Both the position numbers and the translations under genes were made by a program. DNA of 64,000 nucleotides, taken from assembly GCA_963726455.1 (NCBI GenBank), contig CAVSCK010000005.1:256001-320000 (forward strand). Reading direction: 5' to 3'. Below are positions 7,757 to 15,976 of the stretch, piece by piece. Origin of the DNA: an uncultured bacterium. Its GTDB lineage: Bacteria; Zixibacteria; MSB-5A5; CAIYYT01. The notes under the pieces were generated by a model. The model had not been told where the DNA came from. It ran no database searches and saw nothing but the letters and a program-made list of their open reading frames with translations. Numbering within the stretch: position 1 is the first letter of the stretch; every line of letters begins with the position of its first letter.

Positions 7757-9432
7757 CGTGGCACCTGTCGCAGTCTAAGGTGAATGGCGTCGCGCGGACA
7801 TTCATGGATACAGATTCCGCAACCTTTGCAGTAATCGTAATCAATCGCGTACTCGTCGTTCGTACGGCTCACGGCATGTTCGGGACAGAACGTCAGGCAA
7901 TTGTCGCAGTGATCGCAGACACCGCAGGAGAAACAGCGCGCCGCTTCGCGCATCACTTCCGGTTCCGAAAGTCCGAGGTGAATCTCGGCGAAAGTGGTCG
8001 TCCGACGGTTGACAGGAATACGCTTCCACTCCACGACCTGCGATCTCGGGAAGTACGCAATATTGATGTCGGACGGCCGCGTCACAATCTGCGGCTTCGC
8101 TTCGACGAAGATATTCATGCCGCGCAGGTATCTATCAATGGCATTTGCAGCGGACATGCCTGAACCGATCGCACTGCCCACGCCCTTGTGTCCATCGGAG
8201 CAGTCACCGGCAGCAAAGATGTTCTTAATGCTGGTCTGATGTGTACCGCCGGTGTTGAGGCCCCAGCTTTGACACTCGATGTCCTTGGGCAAAAAAGATA
8301 AATCGGGATCTTCGCCGAGCGCGACCAGAACAAGGGACACGTTCTGTTCGAATTGAGAGCCGTGGATTGAGACTGTGACGCGCTGGCCAGAAGAATCTTT
8401 CTTGCCGAACATCAGTCGCTGCAAAGTAATTTGCAGATTATCGCCTGCTTTGCGGATCACAACCGGCGCTGTGAGCAAGTGGATTTCAATGTCTTCCTGG
8501 CGTGCCTCTTCTATCAGGTCTGCGAAAGCCGGCATCTCGGCAAGCGAACGGCGGAAATAGACAACCGGCTTGCCGCCCAGTCGTAGTACTGTGCGCGCGC
8601 AGGTAATAGCTGTGTTGTTGCCGCCGACAATTGCGACCTCGCCGGGGACATGATCCCGATGCCCCTTGCTGACATCCGATAGGAAGGTTAGTCCTTGTTG
8701 TACCTGCGGAAGCTCTGCTCCGGGGATTTCCAGGTCGCGTGGTTTGTCGGCGCCCGTGGTAATCAATATGGCACGAAATCGCGAGAGGTCTTCGAGCAGC
8801 ATATCCGTGCCGATCTTTGTCCCGACACAAACTTCAATTCCTCGGTCGATGAGGGAATGGATTTCGGCATCGAGAATTTTGCGAGGTAGTGTGTATTCTG
8901 CGATTCCGGCGCGCATCATTCCGCCCAGTTTGGTCTGCGACTCGAACAGCGTAACACGATAACCCAGATTTGTCAGACGCCACGCCGCCGAGAGCCCAGC
9001 CGGCCCGCCACCCACGACTGCCACTTCGCCGAGCTGAGGATCAAATTCTGCCGGCTGGGTCTTGACATTCTTCAATCCCCAGTCGCCGATGAAGCGTTCA
9101 AGACAACGGATCGAGATAGCGTCATCCAGCTCGCGGCGGTTGCAGTTGGCTTCACAGGGGTGATTGCAGACTCGGCCGCAGATCGCCGGAAGTGGATTAG
9201 TCTGGCGGATCGCGTCGTACGCCTCGCGGAACTTCTTGTCGTCTATGAGCGAAATGAACCTCTGAACATCCCCCCCTGCCGAACAGGCATGGTTACAGGG
9301 CGACAAGTGGTCTTCATGTATCGGATCAAAATAGCGCCAATGTCCGGTCAGATTCCATCCCATCCAACCCTGACTTATTGGCAGAGGCGGCATGACTTTC
9401 GCGGAGGTCAATGTATTCTTCTTGCCACTCAT
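7753..9432 (-). CDS. PorD-like 2x[4Fe-4S] subunit with inserted GltD-like FAD/NAD(P) oxidoreductase
   Basis: N-terminal TGHWR, CGRVCNHPCEANC, GGGPAG, YFRR, AAGD, and C-terminal CDHCDNC...CP and DYDYCKGCGICIHECP. Confidence 0.85.
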   Translation of the reverse strand: MSGKKNTLTSAKVMPPLPISQGWMGWNLTGHWRYFDPIHEDHLSPCNHACSAGGDVQRFISLIDDKKFREAYDAIRQTNPLPAICGRVCNHPCEANCNRRELDDAISIRCLERFIGDWGLKNVKTQPAEFDPQLGEVAVVGGGPAGLSAAWRLTNLGYRVTLFESQTKLGGMMRAGIAEYTLPRKILDAEIHSLIDRGIEVCVGTKIGTDMLLEDLSRFRAILITTGADKPRDLEIPGAELPQVQQGLTFLSDVSKGHRDHVPGEVAIVGGNNTAITCARTVLRLGGKPVVYFRRSLAEMPAFADLIEEARQEDIEIHLLTAPVVIRKAGDNLQITLQRLMFGKKDSSGQRVTVSIHGSQFEQNVSLVLVALGEDPDLSFLPKDIECQSWGLNTGGTHQTSIKNIFAAGDCSDGHKGVGSAIGSGMSAANAIDRYLRGMNIFVEAKPQIVTRPSDINIAYFPRSQVVEWKRIPVNRRTTTFAEIHLGLSEPEVMREAARCFSCGVCDHCDNCLTFCPEHAVSRTNDEYAIDYDYCKGCGICIHECPRDAIHLRLRQVPR

Positions 9433-9986
9433 TTTGCGCTCCAGATGGCGTGCTCGTAGGCATCGCGAATTGCCGATTGGACCTCCGGAATTTTGTCGGT
9501 TGCATATTCGCCTGCCGACTGTTGGATCTGTGCCAGCGACACTTGATCGAACGCCCTGGCCAACGCCCCAAGTATCGCGAAATTGACATGCGGCAGCAGT
9601 CGTGTACCGAGCCGATGATTAAATGCAATCTGGGCAGCATCGACTGCGGCGATCCTGAAGCTTTCGCGGTACTCGGCCAGAACGGTTTGAGAACCGGTAT
9701 TGACTACCAGCAACCCGTCAGGCGCCAATCTTGAAGTTGCATCTGCGGCTGACAACACGGCGGGATCGAGAAGTATAATGATGTCGGCCTGGTCGATTTC
9801 ACACCTCAACCAGACTTCCTGATTGTCGTAGCGAACAAAGGCCTCTGCAGGAGCACCCTTTTTTTCAGGCCGGAATGCAGGAAAAGCTTGAACGTATCTG
9901 CCGTTCTTCCAGAGTGCATGTGCCAGTGTTGCGGCAGAAGCCAGAACCCCTTGTCCTCCTCGACCACAGAAAATCACTTGCCTCAT
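9429..9986 (-). CDS. porC: 2-oxoacid:ferredoxin oxidoreductase gamma subunit
   Basis: GRGGQG, QAFPAFRPEKKGAP and LLVVNT motifs. Confidence 0.88.
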   Translation of the reverse strand: MRQVIFCGRGGQGVLASAATLAHALWKNGRYVQAFPAFRPEKKGAPAEAFVRYDNQEVWLRCEIDQADIIILLDPAVLSAADATSRLAPDGLLVVNTGSQTVLAEYRESFRIAAVDAAQIAFNHRLGTRLLPHVNFAILGALARAFDQVSLAQIQQSAGEYATDKIPEVQSAIRDAYEHAIWSAK

Positions 9987-10026
9987 GACGCCTCTCTCTC
10001 AATGTGGCAGCAGGCAATGCCGTTAA

Positions 10027-10115
10027 AGTATAGCGTTGCATCAAAACCTGTCAAGCCAAATGTGAAAAAAATCACAAACTCATAACTTGACATCGGCCGA
10101 AAATGACGTTATGCT
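10027..10115. promoter_or_regulatory. Divergent sigma70 promoters with a Rex operator between them
   Basis: Minus strand TTGACA(10054)-16-TATACT; operator ATGTGAA-AAAA-ATCACAA at 10060-10077; plus strand TTGACA(10087)-17-TATGCT. Confidence 0.75.
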
Positions 10116-10145
10116 GAGTTGATTAGTATGCATTCAGGAGGAAAG

Positions 10146-10970
10146 ATGAAACGATTCTTCTACTTAGGGATAATTCTTCTGGGAATAACGGCAATCGCCG
10201 GGTGCTCCAGGAAAGAGGGACAGCAAAGCTCAGCTCAGCTCAAGCCAACGGACCCGACGACAGGTATTCGCGAGGCCGACTTCGTATGGGGCAAGGAAGT
10301 AATTGGAAATGTCACGCTATTCTATCAGCCAACCGATTCGCTGAAACGTATCGCTCCGGCGATGAAAGACCGGGTCTCGAAGGTGTATCAGAGGATCAGC
10401 GATTACCTTCGATATGCGCAGCCGGAGCCGATCGAATTTTATTGCTACCAGGACACGGCCGCATTGATGAAGTACACCGGTAGAGACACGACTTTCTTCC
10501 TGGGGAATCGTTTCTATTACGGCTACGGCCCGTCGTATGGGCGGGAAATGGCAGAGTTCGTCGTCAGTAAGTTGCCGGGCGGACCATCGAGGTTTGCCTT
10601 CGTTCGTGATGGAATCTTATTTCTGCTCGATTTTTCGGGGCGCAATTATCATCACGCTACTAACAACTTCCTGCAGGAAAAGACTCTGTTACCGGCACAG
10701 GTCCTGGTGGACGATGAGCGATACAACAAAGAACAGGGCCTGCAAAAGTCGGTCGAGGCGGCGTCTCTGTGTGCTTACATAATGTATGATTACGGGTATG
10801 ACAAGTTCATGGAAGTATATCACAGCAAGGACGACTTCCCCACCACGTTGAAGAACGTGTTGGGAATTGATATGAACAAGCTGGAGAAAGACTGGGAAGC
10901 GTTTTTGCCGGAACACACGAATGAAAAAGAGATGGAGCGCGAAAAAGCGGCTGCCGAAGGACGTTCGTGA
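10146..10970 (+). CDS. Lipoprotein with peptidase MA-like fold, probably lacking zinc ligands
   Basis: Lipobox IAGC; C-terminal pattern typical of MA-like proteins (YIMYDYGYDKF...LEKDW); REMAE in place of HExxH. Confidence 0.5.
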   Translation: MKRFFYLGIILLGITAIAGCSRKEGQQSSAQLKPTDPTTGIREADFVWGKEVIGNVTLFYQPTDSLKRIAPAMKDRVSKVYQRISDYLRYAQPEPIEFYCYQDTAALMKYTGRDTTFFLGNRFYYGYGPSYGREMAEFVVSKLPGGPSRFAFVRDGILFLLDFSGRNYHHATNNFLQEKTLLPAQVLVDDERYNKEQGLQKSVEAASLCAYIMYDYGYDKFMEVYHSKDDFPTTLKNVLGIDMNKLEKDWEAFLPEHTNEKEMEREKAAAEGRS

Positions 10971-11740
10971 CCGAAGACACTGCGTGGCAAAGCGCGATTA
11001 GCGAGGTTGCCAGAAACGTCATTCGCGTACGCGGCTATGATGTCGCCGAACTGATGGAGAAGATCAGTTTCAGCGATACAATCTATCTCTTGCTCAAAGG
11101 CGATCTACCGGACAAGAATTCTTCCGAGTTGTTCCGCGCGATTCTCGTATCGTGCATCGACCACGGCGTTACACCCTTGTCGGTGCTGGCAACACGCACG
11201 GTGATGTCAGCGGGCAATCCGCTGAACGCGGCGGTGGCGGCCGGAGTTCTGGCGATTGGCGATGTGCACGGCGGGGCGATCGAAGCGGCAGCGAAGATCC
11301 TGCAGGAAGTCGCGGGTCAGAAAGGTGAGCCGCAGACACTGGCAGAAGACCTGGTAAAGAATCTTCATGACCAGAAGCGCAAGCTGCCGGGGTTCGGGCA
11401 CCAATTGCATACGGTTGATCCGCGCACGGTAACACTGTTTGAGATGGCGAAGCGGCTGGGGTTCAATGGCAAACATACGGTGCTGATACTGGAAATTGAG
11501 AAGGCGATTCACAAAGTCACGGGAAAGCAATTGCCGATTAATATTGACGGCGCGATTGCCGCGGTGACGTCGGATATGGGATTTGATTGGCGCCTGGGAA
11601 AAGCATTCTTTATTCTCTCACGCATGGCCGGCCTGGTTGCCCACGCTTACGAGGAGCAAGCCACACAGAAACCATTGCGTAAATTGGGCGACACAAATTC
11701 AGTATACACCGGCCCGGGACACAGGACGATCAAACCTTGA
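10967..11740 (+). CDS. Citryl-CoA lyase / short citrate synthase family protein
   Basis: IDHG, HGGA, LPGFGH, DPR, NIDGAIAA and SRMAGLVAH motifs; 257 aa. Confidence 0.85.
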   Translation: MTEDTAWQSAISEVARNVIRVRGYDVAELMEKISFSDTIYLLLKGDLPDKNSSELFRAILVSCIDHGVTPLSVLATRTVMSAGNPLNAAVAAGVLAIGDVHGGAIEAAAKILQEVAGQKGEPQTLAEDLVKNLHDQKRKLPGFGHQLHTVDPRTVTLFEMAKRLGFNGKHTVLILEIEKAIHKVTGKQLPINIDGAIAAVTSDMGFDWRLGKAFFILSRMAGLVAHAYEEQATQKPLRKLGDTNSVYTGPGHRTIKP

Positions 11741-12615
11741 ATTCCAGAATTTCAATTGTCACCGTGACCATGATCCGACTATGGGCGGCCACGCTGCTCG
11801 CGGTCGGAATAATGTTTCTTTGTGCGTGCGGTCCCAAACCCGCGCCGGCCCCGTCAACGCCGCTACCTTCGAAACCGAGCAAACCGTACCCGGCTCCATC
11901 GGAATTGGAAGCGCGGGTATTTTATCACCGAATCAACCTGACCTGGAAGACCAACCGCTCCGACAGCACAATGATATCGGGCTACAACATATATCTCTGG
12001 AATGAAAAGGAAGCGGCCGACACATCATTGGCTTCTTTCAAAAAAGTTAATCTTGAGCCGTACCCGGGTGATATGAATCCCGACATCGCGCGCGAGTCAT
12101 TTGCGTTGGAGGGTCTGGAAAACGGCGTGATCTACCGGGCGTATGTTACCACTCTATTTCCCAACGGCATCGAGTCGGCCCGGAGCAATATTGTCGAGGC
12201 AATTCCAAGGCCGGAGGGCTGGTTCACTCTGCGGGAGTCGTTTAGAGGCGATGAATCGGGATATTCCTTTCGCAAAACCAAGTCAGTGTCGACTGATGAT
12301 CTCAGCAACGACATCTATCTCGCGACGATCAATGGATCGTTGTACGTCGCTTCACCCCGCCGGATCAACGTTGTCTTTCGAGCGACCAAATTCTATGGAA
12401 TGATCATTTACTCTCAACTGGATGATGTAGCGCCGACGACCGTGCCACCCAAGGCCGACAACGCGCTTGAAGTATACAACGGACAAGTGTTCATGTTGCA
12501 GGACCAGGATAGCTGCTACGCGGTACTGAAGTTCGACGCGGTTGACGTCAAGGGCAAGACCGTGCAGATTTCGTATATTTATCAGCCGCGTCCTTCCACA
12601 CTCGTGTTTCATTAG
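11737..12615 (+). CDS. Lipoprotein with fibronectin type III domain
   Basis: Lipobox-like LCAC; LTW...GYNIY...GLENGVIY...ESARSN FN3 pattern. Confidence 0.7.
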   Translation: MNSRISIVTVTMIRLWAATLLAVGIMFLCACGPKPAPAPSTPLPSKPSKPYPAPSELEARVFYHRINLTWKTNRSDSTMISGYNIYLWNEKEAADTSLASFKKVNLEPYPGDMNPDIARESFALEGLENGVIYRAYVTTLFPNGIESARSNIVEAIPRPEGWFTLRESFRGDESGYSFRKTKSVSTDDLSNDIYLATINGSLYVASPRRINVVFRATKFYGMIIYSQLDDVAPTTVPPKADNALEVYNGQVFMLQDQDSCYAVLKFDAVDVKGKTVQISYIYQPRPSTLVFH

Positions 12616-12621
12616 GTCGAA

Positions 12622-15318
12622 ATGGCCAAAACTGAGACGCACCTGCCGGTAATTCTATATTGTGACATTAAGGCGCCGAACCTGCGTGCGCGAATTTTGA
12701 CTGTCGAGAAGCAGCAGCTTGTCCATGACGAACTGCGCGCGGTCGATACGCTGGTAATTCCAGAGGATCCCGAAGCACCAATTAACCGCGCCCGGACGGA
12801 CAAGTTCTTTCTCGATTTGCAGGAGAGCATCGGGTATCAATTCGTCGATCGTGAAATCATTTCTCCGCACAAGGAATGGAAACGGGTCGGCGAATTTCTC
12901 GCGGGATCGCCACTTGTTGATCTGCGGAAATTGCTGACCATCTTCTTCCCCACCCTCAACGCCAGGGAATTGTCGGATTTCAAGAGAGCATTTCTGCTTG
13001 ATGACAAGCTGACACCGCCGCAGACGATGGCGCAGGTCGCACGGATTGCGTTGAGCAAAGCCGGCAGTTTGCCGGGAAGCGCGATCAGAATACTCCGGCA
13101 GATATTTCGCGCCCTGCCGAAACAGTACGCGGTTTGGCTGGATACAATTCCGGCCAAAGGTTCGGTCGAGAATTACCGCTTCAATCCCGAGTGCTTCGTT
13201 GATCTGGACCGTTTCGAGAACCTCACCGCCGGGACGGAGTTGACATCCGAGAAAGTGAGGGAATTGTTCGGCGGTTCCTCGCCGTTGTTGGCGCAATTTC
13301 CCGGTTACGAAATTCGCAAGGGGCAAGCCAGATATGCAGAAACGATTCTGAAAGGAATGGAGCAACAGGATATCGTGCTGGTGGAAGCAGCAACGGGAAC
13401 GGGTAAGTCAATCGGTTATCTGCTGCCGGCGGTAGCGCGGTGCTTTGAGGAAGAGGCGCGAGCCGTAATTGTCACCCGCACCAAGTCTCTTCAAGAGCAG
13501 TTGTTTCGATCAGACCTGCAGAGGATCAAGAACATTATTCCTACCGGCATGAAGATCGCGTTGCTTAAAGGATTGGCGAATTATCTCTGCCTGCTGAAAT
13601 ACAAACATTTTCTTTCCGACCTGACATTGGCTTCGTCGGAGTTGACACCGGAATATATGGCGGCGCTGGTAGTCTGGGAGATCGACACCAAAAGCGGCGA
13701 TCTGACCGAGACGGAAATATTCGATCAGCCCGATTCGGATACGTTATTGGGTAGAATCACGCTCGACGAGGCAACCTGCCTCGGCAAGGAATGCGCCTTC
13801 TTCTCCGACTGTTATGCCTTTCGCGCGAGAAAGAACGCTGCCAAAGCGAGTATCGTGATAACTAATTACGCTTTGCTGTTTTCCGATCTTCTCGCTGATG
13901 GCACAATTTTGGGCAAATTCTCGCACGCCGTATTTGACGAAGCGCATCGGCTTGAAGCCGAAGCAGTGAGCGCTTTTACTGACAGTCTGGGATTGCAGAC
14001 ATTCGCGCGCACCCTGGACAGAATCAGCAGCGACAGATTCACACGTTCGTTGGCGGGAAGTTTCGGCGACAGCGAGGCCGTCGCGAAAATCGCCATCGCG
14101 ATTCGCGACCTCGCGCCGCAACTGGTCGAACCATTGCGAATACAGGCAGCCAAAGCGCTAAAGCTGATACAGTCCTCGGGCAAAGGTGTCGGCGAACGCC
14201 TGCGATTCAAGACCGGCCAGCCGTTGCACGGTTTGGTGTGCCAGATCTGGAAGAACAACGAATTATTGCTATCTGATCTTCGCGAAACTTTGAAGTCGCT
14301 GCAACAATTGTCGGCGCCGACTGATCGCGAAATGGGAGAGTGGGAATCGGTAGTCGATATCAGAAGACAACTCGCTTTGGCGATCCGCAACATTGACCTG
14401 CTGGAATCAATAGCCGGCGCCGTCGACGAGCGCACCGTGATGTGGGGACAAGCATACGATTCGGGTGAAGTAGTAATCACAGCCGCGCCGTTTTCGGTGG
14501 GCGGGCTGTTGGTTCAAAAGCTGTATGCGCGATACAATTCGGTGACTTTGACTTCAGCGACGCTCGATTCCGAGGACGATTTCCAGTGGATTTCGGCACG
14601 GCTGGGTTTGCGGGAGAGTCGGGATTTGGAGCCGGTGAAACTCAAAGTACGCTCACCATTTCCCCTGGCGGAACAGTTGAAGATCGGAGTGGCGCGTTAC
14701 TTGCCGCCACCGGCGGCAGAACAATACACGGCGCGGCTGGGCCAGCTTATTCTTAAGTTGCGTTCCTCCGTGCGACTTCCTACCTTGGTGCTCTGCACTT
14801 CGTATCGAATGATCGACGCGCTGTCAAAGGCGCTTCAAACAGATAAACGGGTGGCGGCAGACTTGCTGATACAAACTCCTGAGAGTGTGCCGCAGATACT
14901 TCTCAATCGCTTTCGCCAGATGCCGAGTCCGCTGTTGATCGGCACTGAGGCGTTCTGGGAAGGAATCGATTTGCCGGGGCGATTGCTGCGACTATTAGTG
15001 ATGACGCGGCTGCCTTTTCCGGTGCCGGACGATCCGCTGGAATTGGCCAAGCAGGAACAGGCGGAAGCGCGCGGCGAAAACGCCTTTATGAACGTGTCGC
15101 TGCCGACGGCGGTGCTGAAATTCCGCCAGGGAATTGGCCGGATGATCAGGAACTCCTCGGACTGGGGAGCGGTTGTAATTACGGATTCGAGAATGGGAAC
15201 GAAGAATTATGGCCGGATATTTTTTGATGCGGCCCCGGCGCCTGTGGAGGCGTACGAGCATGAGAGTCTGCTGGTCAAAGAGATCGCCGGTTGGCTGACT
15301 CAAATGGGAGACAGGTAG
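12622..15318 (+). CDS. dinG: DinG/YoaA family ATP-dependent DNA helicase
   Basis: EAATGTGKS, Fe-S cysteines (YLC, CLGKEC...C), DEAH, TSATL, FWEGID and QGIGRMIR motifs. Confidence 0.9.
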   Translation: MAKTETHLPVILYCDIKAPNLRARILTVEKQQLVHDELRAVDTLVIPEDPEAPINRARTDKFFLDLQESIGYQFVDREIISPHKEWKRVGEFLAGSPLVDLRKLLTIFFPTLNARELSDFKRAFLLDDKLTPPQTMAQVARIALSKAGSLPGSAIRILRQIFRALPKQYAVWLDTIPAKGSVENYRFNPECFVDLDRFENLTAGTELTSEKVRELFGGSSPLLAQFPGYEIRKGQARYAETILKGMEQQDIVLVEAATGTGKSIGYLLPAVARCFEEEARAVIVTRTKSLQEQLFRSDLQRIKNIIPTGMKIALLKGLANYLCLLKYKHFLSDLTLASSELTPEYMAALVVWEIDTKSGDLTETEIFDQPDSDTLLGRITLDEATCLGKECAFFSDCYAFRARKNAAKASIVITNYALLFSDLLADGTILGKFSHAVFDEAHRLEAEAVSAFTDSLGLQTFARTLDRISSDRFTRSLAGSFGDSEAVAKIAIAIRDLAPQLVEPLRIQAAKALKLIQSSGKGVGERLRFKTGQPLHGLVCQIWKNNELLLSDLRETLKSLQQLSAPTDREMGEWESVVDIRRQLALAIRNIDLLESIAGAVDERTVMWGQAYDSGEVVITAAPFSVGGLLVQKLYARYNSVTLTSATLDSEDDFQWISARLGLRESRDLEPVKLKVRSPFPLAEQLKIGVARYLPPPAAEQYTARLGQLILKLRSSVRLPTLVLCTSYRMIDALSKALQTDKRVAADLLIQTPESVPQILLNRFRQMPSPLLIGTEAFWEGIDLPGRLLRLLVMTRLPFPVPDDPLELAKQEQAEARGENAFMNVSLPTAVLKFRQGIGRMIRNSSDWGAVVITDSRMGTKNYGRIFFDAAPAPVEAYEHESLLVKEIAGWLTQMGDR

Positions 15319-15580
15319 ACTGAAGTCAAACAGCGTGCAGAACCGGCGAGCCAATCAGGGGTCAGCCTGCAGCAGACAGTGCACCTGCTGCGCGAAATTT
15401 CGCGGACTGCAATCAAAGTGCGCATTCACTAAGTCAATGTTATATATCGAGGTACACGTTTGGGGATGCAGCGAGAACGCAAGTTCTGCGGGTGAGGAGT
15501 TGTGAATCGCAAACCACCCGAATCCGGTTCGCCAAGTTGTTGTGGCACACGAGGTTATTGGCGCAGAAAACTCTGCCGTT

Positions 15581-15596
15581 CGGCACGAAGTTTGGA
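15581..15596 (+). promoter_or_regulatory. Possible variant sigma54 promoter upstream of the TPR-ExbBD-TonB operon
   Basis: CGGCACGAAGTTTGGA; the -12 element is GG rather than GC. Nearly identical to the 4069-4084 element. Confidence 0.35.
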
Positions 15597-15710
15597 TATC
15601 ATGGGAAAGGTGAGTGGCATTCATACCGATTTTGGTATTTCCAGACCATCTTCACGGGAAGAAGTAAATGATTCGATTGTATAAAGTTCGGCCACGATAC
15701 GGGAGGAGAT

Positions 15711-15908
15711 TTGGCAAACGTAGAGCAGGTTATTAGCTATTTATCGATCGGACTCGTCTTATTTGTCGGGATCCTGATCGTGGCGGGTTCGTTCGGTTTT
15801 ATCGAGCCGCTCTACCGAATCTTGCTGGGAATTCTGATTGTTGCGTACGCCGGTGTCCGCCTGGTAATGCTGGAATCGGCGAGAAGACGCGGGAGCAAAA
15901 AATCTTGA
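15711..15908 (+). CDS. Small two-TM membrane protein
   Basis: GGAGGAG RBS, TTG start and two hydrophobic helices. Confidence 0.7.
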   Translation: MANVEQVISYLSIGLVLFVGILIVAGSFGFIEPLYRILLGILIVAYAGVRLVMLESARRRGSKKS

Positions 15909-15976
15909 CTGAGTGGTCGAGCAAGGATATATTGAAAATCTTTAGTCGCAACCCTGTGTGCGAACGGAGCCAATTG

